This document shows positions 28,669 to 37,530 of a stretch of 64,000 bases of DNA, piece after piece. This DNA comes from Fibrobacterota bacterium (GTDB taxonomy: Bacteria; Fibrobacterota; Fibrobacteria; UBA11236), in contig JAEKLQ010000037.1 of the NCBI GenBank assembly GCA_019509785.1, positions 3,324 to 67,323 of the forward strand. Direction: 5' to 3'. The translations under genes and the position numbers were made by a program. The first letter of the stretch is position 1, and every line of letters starts with the position of its first letter. The notes beneath the pieces were generated by a model. It had not been told where the DNA came from and did no database searches. It saw only the letters and a list, made by a program, of their open reading frames with translations.

Positions 28669-31044
28669 ATGGCGAAATTCCCGACGCGGATCGCTTTGGG
28701 AATCCTGGGAGCTTGGGCCGTTTTGGCTTGTGGCGATAAGGCTTCGGCGCCGGTCGAGACCGGAGCCAAGGTCCCGTACGATGCCTCCGTGGAGGGCCTG
28801 CCCGAAGCGAAAGCCATGGGCACGCTGGAGGCGAAGGACGGCGATACCGTTCATCTCACCGTATCCTACGTGGCCAAGTGGGTCTCGGGCAGGAAGGTGC
28901 GCATGCTGGCCTATAACGGATCGGTGCCGGGTCCGATCGTCAAGGTCAGCCAAGGCGCCTCCATCGTGGTCCTGGTGAAAAACGAGACGGATCTTCCCAC
29001 CAGCTTGCATTCCCACGGCGTCCGTTTGGATTCCGATTACGACGGTGTCGTCGCCGAGGACAAAGGCGCTCCCGGCCCGGGCCAAACCTTCGCATATCAT
29101 GTCCGTTTCCCCGATGCCGGCATCTACTGGTACCATCCGCATACGCGCTCGGATTACCAAACGCAGGTGGGCCTATATGGCGCCTATTTGGTCGCTCCAG
29201 CCGACCCGGCCTATTGGCCCCCGGTCAACCGCGAGATTGTTCTGATGATCAACGATTTGGCGATCAGCGGGAACGTTTTGCAGCCCTTCTACCGGAATGA
29301 AACCGATCATACCTTGATGGGACGATTCGGGAACGTGCTCATGGTGAACGGGGACACGGCCTGCACCATCCGCGTGAAGCGTAACGAGACTATCCGTTTC
29401 TACGTGGTGAACGCTTCCAATGCCCGGGTCTACAACCTGCAATATTCGCGCGACATGGACATGAACATCGTAGGAGCCGACAATGGCCGCTTCGTGCTCC
29501 CCGATTCCAGGGAGTCCTATCTAATCGCCCCGTCCGAGCGATTCATCTACCAACTCTATTTCAACGATGTCTTATCGGATTACGATACCCTCGATTTATG
29601 GAATGCCACGCCCACCGGCGCGCGCCCGTTGGCGCACTTCGTGTACGAGCCCGATACGGCCATGCCCGATTACCGTTCCAGCATCAACCTGGACAGTTGC
29701 CCACAGGCCGCCGCGTCCATCGATCCCTTCCGGCCCTATTTCGATAAGTCCCCCGACGAGGAAATCCTGTTGACGGGATTCATGGCCATGTCCAAGCCGC
29801 TTGCGAAAGCGGCCCTGCTTTCCGCAACGAACGCATTGGCGAAAGCGGCCGCGGTCGCCCATGATGCGGACCCTTCCAACAGGCTGGGAGTGGAATGGAG
29901 CGATAGCGTGCACGGCCCGGCCATGCTCTCCATGAACGACTCGTCCACCGACGCCAATACGCATTGGGCCATCCGCGATCTCAGGACCGGGAAGGAAAAC
30001 CATGACATCCAATGGACCTTCTCGAAAGGGGATAAGATCCTGATCCGGGTGCATAACGATACCACCACCACGGGACCCGACGCGTCCATCATGTACCATT
30101 CCATGCCCCACCCACTGCACTTCCATGGACAACGTTTCCTGGTGGTGCGCGAGAACGGGCGGCCCACCTTGGAGAGCCTGGTTTGGCGGGACACCTACCT
30201 GATCGGGCGCGGATATACGGTGGACCTGTTGTTGGACGCGTCCAATCCGGGCGATTGGATGTTCCATTGCCATATCGCCGAGCATTTGGAAGACGATATG
30301 ATGGCGCATTTCCGGGTGGTGGATAGCGGGGGCGATGCGCCTCGGCCATACGAATGGTCCCTCGGGCTTCCCTGGGCGGGGATCGATTCCCTGCGCCGGG
30401 ATACCAGCCTGGCCGTCCTGATGCGCGCGGCCATCACCGGGACCGTCCGGGCCCGGCCCACCCCGGGGGCCGCCGATATTCCCTTGGCCGCGGCCTTGGA
30501 CGGAAAGATATACCTGTCCAACGCGGATTTCCCCGACTTGCATGCCGAGGCCGCGTTCGATGCGGCCGGCCGCTTCACCGTGGCAGCGGATGCGGTCCTA
30601 GGCGCGGCCGACATCGTCCGCCTTAAGATCTGGGTCAAGGGCGTTACGTCCGGCCTGCGCCCGGTGCCCGATACCTTGCATCTGGTATTGGATCGCCGCG
30701 GAAAGATCCCTTGGTCCCTCGATCTCGATCTGGCGGGAGAGGCTTCCTTCGCGGGTCTTAAAATGGATACTTCGGCCGTGAGCACCATGCGAGGACAAGT
30801 GGCCGGGAAGGTGAACGGGTACGATGGGACCGTGATGCGGGATTCGTTATATTTCCGGAATATGGTCTATCCGGAAATGTTCGCCTACGCGCCGCTGAAG
30901 CCCGACGGCACCTTCTCCTTCGATGCGGCCGATCTGGTCGGCGCTTTGGATGGCAGGCACGAAATCGAGATTTTCTTGCGTCCCCAGGCCGGATCGCGTC
31001 GTTTCGATCCGGACACCCTGCGCGTGCACTTGAGCATTCCGTGA
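28669..31044 (+). CDS. Multicopper oxidase lipoprotein (laccase/CueO-like) with a C-terminal extension of about 250 aa containing two beta-sandwich-like repeats
   Basis: Lipobox AVLAC|GD. All four copper motifs are present: HSHG, WYHPH, HPLHFHG and HCHIAEHLEDDMM. The C-terminal tail contains two related ~110-aa segments, each ending PDTL(H/R)(L/V). Confidence 0.85.
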   Translation: MAKFPTRIALGILGAWAVLACGDKASAPVETGAKVPYDASVEGLPEAKAMGTLEAKDGDTVHLTVSYVAKWVSGRKVRMLAYNGSVPGPIVKVSQGASIVVLVKNETDLPTSLHSHGVRLDSDYDGVVAEDKGAPGPGQTFAYHVRFPDAGIYWYHPHTRSDYQTQVGLYGAYLVAPADPAYWPPVNREIVLMINDLAISGNVLQPFYRNETDHTLMGRFGNVLMVNGDTACTIRVKRNETIRFYVVNASNARVYNLQYSRDMDMNIVGADNGRFVLPDSRESYLIAPSERFIYQLYFNDVLSDYDTLDLWNATPTGARPLAHFVYEPDTAMPDYRSSINLDSCPQAAASIDPFRPYFDKSPDEEILLTGFMAMSKPLAKAALLSATNALAKAAAVAHDADPSNRLGVEWSDSVHGPAMLSMNDSSTDANTHWAIRDLRTGKENHDIQWTFSKGDKILIRVHNDTTTTGPDASIMYHSMPHPLHFHGQRFLVVRENGRPTLESLVWRDTYLIGRGYTVDLLLDASNPGDWMFHCHIAEHLEDDMMAHFRVVDSGGDAPRPYEWSLGLPWAGIDSLRRDTSLAVLMRAAITGTVRARPTPGAADIPLAAALDGKIYLSNADFPDLHAEAAFDAAGRFTVAADAVLGAADIVRLKIWVKGVTSGLRPVPDTLHLVLDRRGKIPWSLDLDLAGEASFAGLKMDTSAVSTMRGQVAGKVNGYDGTVMRDSLYFRNMVYPEMFAYAPLKPDGTFSFDAADLVGALDGRHEIEIFLRPQAGSRRFDPDTLRVHLSIP

Positions 31045-31757
31045 ACGACGGGAAAAAAGGTCCTATCGCCATCCTCGGGGCCATGGATGCCGAGATCGTG
31101 GAGTTCCTGGCCCATTCCGAATTGCTGCGCCGGGAGGAATGGAACGGGTTCACGTTCTATGCCATCCGCTTGGAAGGGCGGGAGGCGGTGCTGGCCAAGT
31201 GCGGGATCGGTAAGGTCTTCGCGGCATTGGTAAGCCAGCATCTGATCGACGCCTATGCGCCTTCGCGCATGCTCTTCACCGGCGTGGCCGGAGCGCTGAA
31301 CCCAGCCTACGAAATCGGGGACGTGGTGGTCTCGCGCGATTGCATGCAACATGACGTGGACGGGCGAGTCCTAGGCTTCGCGCGCGGGAACCTGCTGTAT
31401 ACCGATCTGAAGGTATTCGCCGCCGACGAAGCGATGGCGCGACTGGCCGCGGGGGCGCCGGCGCAGGGCCATCGGATCCATACCGGGCGTATTCTCACAG
31501 GCGATCAATTCATGAACCGGGACGAGATCAATCATCATCGTTACCTGATGGAAGAAATGGCCGGGGACGCGGTGGAGATGGAAGGCGGCGCCATGGCCCA
31601 AGTCTGCGCCGTGAACAAGGTGCCCTTCCTGGTGGTGCGGACCATTTCCGATCGCGCCGATGGCGATGCGGTGCACGATTTCAACCGCTTCCTGCCCGTG
31701 GTGGCCCACAATTCCTTCGCTATCGTAAGGTATGTGTTGTCGCGCCTTCCGGCGTAG
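31041..31757 (+). CDS. mtnN: 5'-methylthioadenosine/S-adenosylhomocysteine nucleosidase
   Basis: IAILGAMDAEI, GIGKVFAA, EMEGGAMAQVC and VVRTISDRADG. The GTG start overlaps the MCO stop (GTGA). Confidence 0.85.
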   Translation: MNDGKKGPIAILGAMDAEIVEFLAHSELLRREEWNGFTFYAIRLEGREAVLAKCGIGKVFAALVSQHLIDAYAPSRMLFTGVAGALNPAYEIGDVVVSRDCMQHDVDGRVLGFARGNLLYTDLKVFAADEAMARLAAGAPAQGHRIHTGRILTGDQFMNRDEINHHRYLMEEMAGDAVEMEGGAMAQVCAVNKVPFLVVRTISDRADGDAVHDFNRFLPVVAHNSFAIVRYVLSRLPA

Positions 31758-31760
31758 GCG

Positions 31761-32414
31761 CTATCGGCTCGGGAACAACCTCGGCCCCAGCTTCGCGGTA
31801 CGGGTCCCTTCCCCGGGGAGCGGCCCCGCGCCTTCGCGCAGGACTTCCGGGGCTTCTCCCACCAAGGATATGACGGTAGTAGGATTGATGGGCTGCGGGC
31901 CCAGGTCCACGATCAAATCGACCAGGTGGCCATAGGTTTCCTCGATCTCGGCGGGATCGATGAAATTGTCCTCTTCGCGGATCTTGGCCGCCGTGGTCAG
32001 GATCACCGCTTTGGGCGACATCGCGAAGAGGGTATTCGTGAACGGGCAATCGGGCATACGCACGCCCACCTCGGGACGGTTCACGTCCAGGATTTTCCGC
32101 GAACGGACCGTGGCCGGCAGGACGAAGGTGTAGGGTCCCGGCACCAGGGACTTCATGAAACGGAAGGCGGCCGTCTCCACCTTCGCGAACTCCGAGAGCT
32201 CGCTGAAATCGCGTACCATCAAGGCCATCAGGTACTTCTTCATGGCGCGCTTCACGTGGTAAAGCTTATTCACGGCCTTCTTGGAAAGCGCGTCGCAACC
32301 CATGGAATAACCGGAATCGGTGGGGTAGATGACCACCTGGCCGGCGGCGAACGCTTCCAGCACCTTTTGCATCAGGCGCGTTTGCGGGTTCACGGGATGA
32401 AGCTCTAGTCGCAT
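31761..32414 (-). CDS. tsaC: L-threonylcarbamoyladenylate synthase (TsaC/YrdC family)
   Basis: GQVVIYPTDSGYSMGCDA and PGPYTFVLPA are YrdC-domain hallmarks. The start at 32414 gives the usual ~30-aa lead before PTD. Confidence 0.8.
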   Translation of the reverse strand: MRLELHPVNPQTRLMQKVLEAFAAGQVVIYPTDSGYSMGCDALSKKAVNKLYHVKRAMKKYLMALMVRDFSELSEFAKVETAAFRFMKSLVPGPYTFVLPATVRSRKILDVNRPEVGVRMPDCPFTNTLFAMSPKAVILTTAAKIREEDNFIDPAEIEETYGHLVDLIVDLGPQPINPTTVISLVGEAPEVLREGAGPLPGEGTRTAKLGPRLFPSR

Positions 32415-32430
32415 AGGGGGAAGATAAAAT

Positions 32431-32838
32431 TTAAGGCCAGTATCCGTTGCCATCCGGGAGGAAGGCCGCTTCTAGATGCTCGATGCCGGGGGCTCGGCCC
32501 TCACCGGATAGATCAATGCCGACCACGTCGAAACGCATGTCGCGATGCCCTTGGTTCCGTGATGCGCAATAGCGCTGGGCGAGCCTTTGCAAGCGGCGGA
32601 TCTTGCGGCCGTCCACCCGCTCCAGTGGCCGACCGGAAACCGAGCCGCGGTTGGATTTGACTTCCACGAAGACCAGGGTTCCGTCGGGCGCATCGACGAT
32701 CAGATCGAGTTCCCCCCGGCCGTGCCGGAAATTGCGCGCCACCAGGCGATAACCCTTGGCCTGCAGATAAGCCAAAGCATGGTCCTCGCCGCGGCGGCCC
32801 GCGGCGCAGTGGTTTTCCTGGGTCTCGGCCTTTTCCAT
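32431..32838 (-). CDS. yraN: YraN family (UPF0102) endonuclease-like protein
   Basis: GRRGEDHALAYLQAKGYRLVARNFRHGRGELDLIV..LVFVEVKS. Start chosen at the internal ATG at 32838 because the longer ORF would overlap the kinase gene. Confidence 0.75.
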   Translation of the reverse strand: MEKAETQENHCAAGRRGEDHALAYLQAKGYRLVARNFRHGRGELDLIVDAPDGTLVFVEVKSNRGSVSGRPLERVDGRKIRRLQRLAQRYCASRNQGHRDMRFDVVGIDLSGEGRAPGIEHLEAAFLPDGNGYWP

Positions 32839-32866
32839 GCGCGGTTCCGGTGCGGCCGGCATGGGT

Positions 32867-34360
32867 TTATTCGTAGGGAAGCCCCAGGAAGCGCACTTCG
32901 CGCACCGCCATGGGTTTGGATCCTCCGCCCGCGGCGAAGCGCAGCTTGGCCTTTTCGGCCAGCACTCCCGGAAAGGAAATGAATTGGGGCGCATCCGTTT
33001 CGGAGAGGGTAAGGCGTACCGGCTTATGGCCGTCCACCTCGAGGGAAACCGATTTGGGGGAGACATACCCCGGGGAAGAGGCGTCGGGAACGAGGTAGCC
33101 GGCCTCGATCAGGATACCCGTCAGCAGCATGCGCGAGCGGAAGGTGAATTCGATTTCGGATTCTTCCTTGCCCGCGGGAGAGGTCCAAGCCGTAGAACGC
33201 TTGCCATCGAAAAGGTCGGCCGGGGAGGACGGGCCCGAAGGCCCATCGGTGGAGGCGGGGCCGGTATACGAGCTAGGCGTAATCCAGTGCAGGCTGGCGC
33301 CCGGGGACGAGGACGGGCGCAAGAGCAGAAAGGCCATGCCGGCCATGATCAAGCCGAACAGCGCCAGAATGCCCCACAAGTAACCGCGGGAAACCGCCAT
33401 GGGCTCCGGGATATACCGGCGATCGCGTCCGCGGCGATCGGTGATGCGCAGATCGGAGGGAAGGCTGGTTTCGGATTCGGGTCGCACGGGCTCGGCCAGA
33501 TCGACATAATCAAGATGGGCCGAGTCCAGGTCCTTCAACAGTTCGTCCGCATTCCGATAACGTTCGGCCTTCGGTTTTTTCAGGCACTTAGCCACGATCA
33601 GTTCCAGGCGGGGCGGCACGTCCGGAACCCTTTTCGAAAGCAGGGGAGGCGCCTCGTGGACTTGCTTATAAGCCACGGCCAACGGAGTGTCCGCGAGAAA
33701 GGGCGGCCGTCCCGTCACCATCTCGAAAAGGATGATCCCGAGGCCGTAGATGTCGCTTTGGCCGTCCACCACGCCGCCTTCGCATTGCTCGGGGGCCATG
33801 TATTCGGGCGTGCCCATGGCCATGCCGGTGGTGGTGATGCTGGGCGCGTCCACCACCTTGGCGATGCCGAAGTCGGAGATGTAAACCTTGTCGCCGGGCT
33901 CGACCATGATGTTGCCCGACTTGATGTCGCGGTGCACGATTTCGCTTTGGTGGGCGTACTTGAGGCCGCGGCAGATTTGCTTGGCGATGGAGATGATGCG
34001 GGCGTAGTCGAGCCTTTTCTCCTGTTGGATGAGCTTGCCCAGGGTGGGGCCCTGGATGTATTGCATGGCGATGTACTTTTGCCCGTTCTCTTCGCCGTAA
34101 TCGTAAATGGTGACGATGTTCTGATGCTGGAGCCTGGAAATGGCGAAGGCTTCGGTCAGGAAACGCTCGGAGAACTCGGCGTTGCGGGCCAAGATGCCAG
34201 GCAGGATCTTCAAGGCTACTACGCGTTCCAGGCCCGGTTGCACGGCCTTGAATACGTCGCCCATGCCGCCCTTGCCCAGATGTTCGAGGATGGTGTAGCC
34301 CCCGAATTTCCTGTCCGCCAGCGCGTCCGCTTCCGCGGGATTGAGTGACGCCTTTTCCAT
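32867..34360 (-). CDS. Hanks-type Ser/Thr protein kinase with one TM helix and an extracytoplasmic discoidin/F5-8-type-C-like domain
   Basis: LGKGGMGDVFKA, VALK, HRDIKSGNIMV, DFGIAKV and GTPEYMAPE. TM helix GILALFGLIMAGMAFLLL. C-terminal segment DLFDGKRSTAWTS...REVRFLG. Confidence 0.85.
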   Translation of the reverse strand: MEKASLNPAEADALADRKFGGYTILEHLGKGGMGDVFKAVQPGLERVVALKILPGILARNAEFSERFLTEAFAISRLQHQNIVTIYDYGEENGQKYIAMQYIQGPTLGKLIQQEKRLDYARIISIAKQICRGLKYAHQSEIVHRDIKSGNIMVEPGDKVYISDFGIAKVVDAPSITTTGMAMGTPEYMAPEQCEGGVVDGQSDIYGLGIILFEMVTGRPPFLADTPLAVAYKQVHEAPPLLSKRVPDVPPRLELIVAKCLKKPKAERYRNADELLKDLDSAHLDYVDLAEPVRPESETSLPSDLRITDRRGRDRRYIPEPMAVSRGYLWGILALFGLIMAGMAFLLLRPSSSPGASLHWITPSSYTGPASTDGPSGPSSPADLFDGKRSTAWTSPAGKEESEIEFTFRSRMLLTGILIEAGYLVPDASSPGYVSPKSVSLEVDGHKPVRLTLSETDAPQFISFPGVLAEKAKLRFAAGGGSKPMAVREVRFLGLPYE

Positions 34361-34535
34361 GGACCGTCCTTTCCGGGAGGGCTGACCGGGCCCGGACCCC
34401 GAATCTACCGGAAGTATAGGAAAATAGCACTCCTGAAATCCCGGAATTCCCGCGGCGGCGTAGCTCGACGCATATCAAGGGCTTGACCGCGATCCCATCT
34501 TCCGGCGCCGCGCGCGCGTTGTTACCTTGGCTTCG

Positions 34536-36263
34536 ATGGCTGTCCGTTACGGGCGTTACGAAGTGCTCTATAAGCTGGGCCAGGGCGCCATGGCGCAGGT
34601 CTACCTCGCCAAGGATCCCGTGCTCTCGCGCTTTGTCGCCGTGAAAGTACTGCACGCCGATCTGGCCACGCGCCAGGACGTATTACACCGCTTTTTCAAT
34701 GAAGCCCGCACCGTAGCCATCATCCGCAATCCCCACGTAGTGGAGGTTTTCGACTTCGGGCAGGAAGGCAAAGACCTGTACCTGGTGATGGAATTCGTGG
34801 ACGGCCTGAGCCTGCATGGCCTGATGCGGCGGAGCCCCGCGCCATCGGGCCCGGAAGCGAAACCGGACGCATGGCCGGCGCCCGGCCGGGATGGCGCTCC
34901 CAACTATCAGCCCCTCGATCCGCTCCTCGCGGCCGCCCTCATGTGCCAGGCCGCCGAGGGCTTGTCCATAGCCGCCCAGCATGGCGTGGTCCATCGCGAT
35001 CTCAAGCCCGAGAACCTGATGCTGAACACCCAAGGCTACCTGAAGATTTCCGATTTCGGCATCGCCCACGTGCAGGACGATAGCCTTACCAAGACCGGCG
35101 CGGTGCTGGGATCGCCATTGTACATGTCGCCCGAGCAGGCCCGCGGGCTCAAGCCCATCACTTCCCAGTCGGACATGTTTTCGCTGGGTTCGGTATTCTA
35201 CGCCTGCCTGGCCGGCCACCCGCCTTTCCAAGGCCGGACGGTGACCGAGTTGTTCCGCCGTATTTCCTCGGAAGCGCATCTCCCGCTCTTGAGCCTGCGT
35301 CCCGAGCTGGATCCGGGCCTGGGTAACCTCGTCGATACCCTGTTGCGGAAGTCCCCTTCCGCGCGCGGAGGCGGCCCGCTTTGGCTTCAGCGCCAATTGA
35401 AGGCTTACCTCTCTCTCTCCGGGGTGACGGATCCGGCCGAATTGGCGGCGGGCCATTTGCGGGAGGTGAACGCCAATGGGGTGAGGACGACTTGGAACCC
35501 GGATGCGCGCAATGCCACCTTGCCCATGACGGTGGCCTCCACTCAACAGGCGACAGCCCGCTCCCGGCCTGGCCGGGTCTTAGCGCCGGGAACCTTCCCA
35601 TCGATCGCCTTGCCCATCAACCCGACGCACCGGTCCGGACCCGGCAGCCGCAAACGCCGATCGGCCGCATCTTGGGCCTTGGCTTTGGCGTTCTTGGCCT
35701 TCGGGCTCGGAATCGTGGCCGGAGGTTGGCGGCTGCTAGGTCAGGTCCGGAAATCCCAAGGCGATTCATCGGATATTGCGTCTCTCGCCTCGGGCCGGAA
35801 TGCCGCGCAGGGAAACGGTGAAGGCGACGGGAATTCCAATCAAGCGGTTCCTTCCGGACCGGAAACCGGACCGGTTAACTTGCGCGATACCCTGTCGGCG
35901 GCCCTTACCGGATCCGGAAGCGCGGGACCCGCTGCCACCGGCGCATCCGCGATCTCCGTCGCAGCGAGCGCGAATTCTCCCGGAGCCGCGGGGGAATCGG
36001 TGGGCAAGGAAAGCGAAGCGATTATCATCCTGAAGAGCTCTCCGCCCTTCGCCGAAGCCTACGTGGATGGGCGCTTCCTGGGGACGACGCCCATCCGCCT
36101 CGCGCATCTGGCGCCGGGGCGGCATCGACTGGAATTGAAATCGCCCCGCTTGCCAGGGTTGGATACGAGCCTGGTGCTTACGGCCGGAATGCATGCTTTG
36201 AAAGTCCGATTGGAAGCGGGACCGGGCCAGCGCATGGCCGCCGTCCCCGTCGAAGGCGAATAA
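34536..36263 (+). CDS. Hanks-type Ser/Thr protein kinase with one TM helix, a low-complexity linker and a C-terminal PEGA-like domain
   Basis: LGQGAMAQVYLA, VAVK, HRDLKPENLML, DFGIAHV and GSPLYMSPE. TM helix WALALAFLAFGLGIVAGGW. The C-terminus IIILKSSPPFAEAYVDGRFLGTTPIRLAHLAPGRHRLEL is PEGA-like. The ATG at 34536 is preferred to the TTG at 34527. Confidence 0.85.
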   Translation: MAVRYGRYEVLYKLGQGAMAQVYLAKDPVLSRFVAVKVLHADLATRQDVLHRFFNEARTVAIIRNPHVVEVFDFGQEGKDLYLVMEFVDGLSLHGLMRRSPAPSGPEAKPDAWPAPGRDGAPNYQPLDPLLAAALMCQAAEGLSIAAQHGVVHRDLKPENLMLNTQGYLKISDFGIAHVQDDSLTKTGAVLGSPLYMSPEQARGLKPITSQSDMFSLGSVFYACLAGHPPFQGRTVTELFRRISSEAHLPLLSLRPELDPGLGNLVDTLLRKSPSARGGGPLWLQRQLKAYLSLSGVTDPAELAAGHLREVNANGVRTTWNPDARNATLPMTVASTQQATARSRPGRVLAPGTFPSIALPINPTHRSGPGSRKRRSAASWALALAFLAFGLGIVAGGWRLLGQVRKSQGDSSDIASLASGRNAAQGNGEGDGNSNQAVPSGPETGPVNLRDTLSAALTGSGSAGPAATGASAISVAASANSPGAAGESVGKESEAIIILKSSPPFAEAYVDGRFLGTTPIRLAHLAPGRHRLELKSPRLPGLDTSLVLTAGMHALKVRLEAGPGQRMAAVPVEGE

Positions 36264-36264
36264 A

Positions 36265-36281
36265 CCCGGCGCGGCGCCGGG
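36265..36281. terminator. Hairpin filling the 19-nt gap between convergent stop codons (kinase / aminotransferase)
   Basis: CCCGGCG-CGG-CGCCGGG forms a 7-bp GC stem with a 3-nt loop. No U-tract follows on either side. Confidence 0.45.
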
Positions 36282-36282
36282 C

Positions 36283-37479
36283 TCAGGCCAACGCCAGCAG
36301 CCCTTCCGAAAGACGGTCCAAAGCGCGGACCAATTGTTCGGGATCGCATGCGAAGGAGATGCGCACGTATCCCTCCAGCCCGAACGCGCTTCCGGGAACG
36401 GTGGCGACCAGGCGCGTATCCAGGAGATATTCGCACAACTCGAAGCTGGTGCGTACGGGCTTGCCGCCATGGGATTTGCCCAGATAGGCTGACACGTCGA
36501 AGAAAACGTAGAAGGCTCCCTGGGGAGGGAAGACCTTGAGGCCGGGGATGCGGGCTAGGCTTTCCAATGCCAGGCGGCGGCAGGCGTCCAGATGGCTTTG
36601 CAGTAATGCCGGAAAGCCAACGTCCTCGTTCAAGGCGGCAATGGCGGCGAATTGGGAGGCATTGGCGGGGTGATGGGTGCCATGGCTCTGGATGGCCCCG
36701 ATGGCGGCGGCCAAGGCGGGCGGTGCGCCGGTAAAACCAATGCGCCAACCGGTCATGGCGAAGGCTTTGGACATGCCGTTGACGGTGAGGGTGCGGTCGA
36801 AAATGTCCGCGCCCAGGGAGGCGATGCTCACGTGGCGCGCGCCTTCGTATACGATATGCTCGTAGATTTCGTCGGCCAGGCAATACAGATCATGGCGGAC
36901 CAGGACCTGCGCGATGGCTTTCAGCTCAGCTTCCGGGTATACGGCCCCGGTGGGGTTGCCGGGGGAGTTGAAGATCAAGAGCTTGCTGCGCGGGGTAATG
37001 GCCGCTTCGATTTGGGCCGCGGTGGCCCGGAAGCCCGCTTCCAGGATGGTCGGGATCATAACCGGGGTCCCGCCCAGGAAGCGCACCAGCTCGGGATAGG
37101 TGACCCAGCATGGGGAAGGGATGAGAACCTCGTCGCCCTCCTCGACCAGAGCCAAGAGCGCGTTGAAGACGGCATGCTTGGCTCCGCTGGAGATAACGAT
37201 ATCGGCGGGAGGATAGGCGAGATTATTCTCGCGCGCGAACTTGGCCGACACGGCCGCCTTCAATTCCGGCAGACCGGTCACGGCCGAATATTTGGTCTTG
37301 CCCGATCGGATGGATTCGATGGCCGCGCGCTTCGCCGACTCCGGAGTATCCAGATCCGGCTCTCCCGCGCCCAGGCTGAGCACGTCCTTGCCTTCGGCCT
37401 TGAGTCGCTTGTACTTGGCGTCGATGGCGACGGTCTGGGACGTGGAAATCCGTCCCGTGCGGGAGGCGAGGGGTTTCAC
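36283..37479 (-). CDS. Class I/II PLP-dependent aminotransferase (aspartate aminotransferase-like)
   Basis: LSLGAGEPDLDTP, NSPGNPTGAVY and the PLP-lysine motif SKAFAMTGWRIGF. Confidence 0.85.
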   Translation of the reverse strand: MKPLASRTGRISTSQTVAIDAKYKRLKAEGKDVLSLGAGEPDLDTPESAKRAAIESIRSGKTKYSAVTGLPELKAAVSAKFARENNLAYPPADIVISSGAKHAVFNALLALVEEGDEVLIPSPCWVTYPELVRFLGGTPVMIPTILEAGFRATAAQIEAAITPRSKLLIFNSPGNPTGAVYPEAELKAIAQVLVRHDLYCLADEIYEHIVYEGARHVSIASLGADIFDRTLTVNGMSKAFAMTGWRIGFTGAPPALAAAIGAIQSHGTHHPANASQFAAIAALNEDVGFPALLQSHLDACRRLALESLARIPGLKVFPPQGAFYVFFDVSAYLGKSHGGKPVRTSFELCEYLLDTRLVATVPGSAFGLEGYVRISFACDPEQLVRALDRLSEGLLALA

Positions 37480-37530
37480 GCGACCTTCGGGCGTCCTTTA
37501 AACAAACTACCCGCATGCTTCCCGCAGCCG

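Noticed and set aside
32837-34348. 503-aa ORF on the + strand
   Set aside because: It lies antisense to the Ser/Thr kinase gene, whose Hanks motifs (GxGxxG, HRDIK, DFG, APE) are unambiguous on the minus strand.
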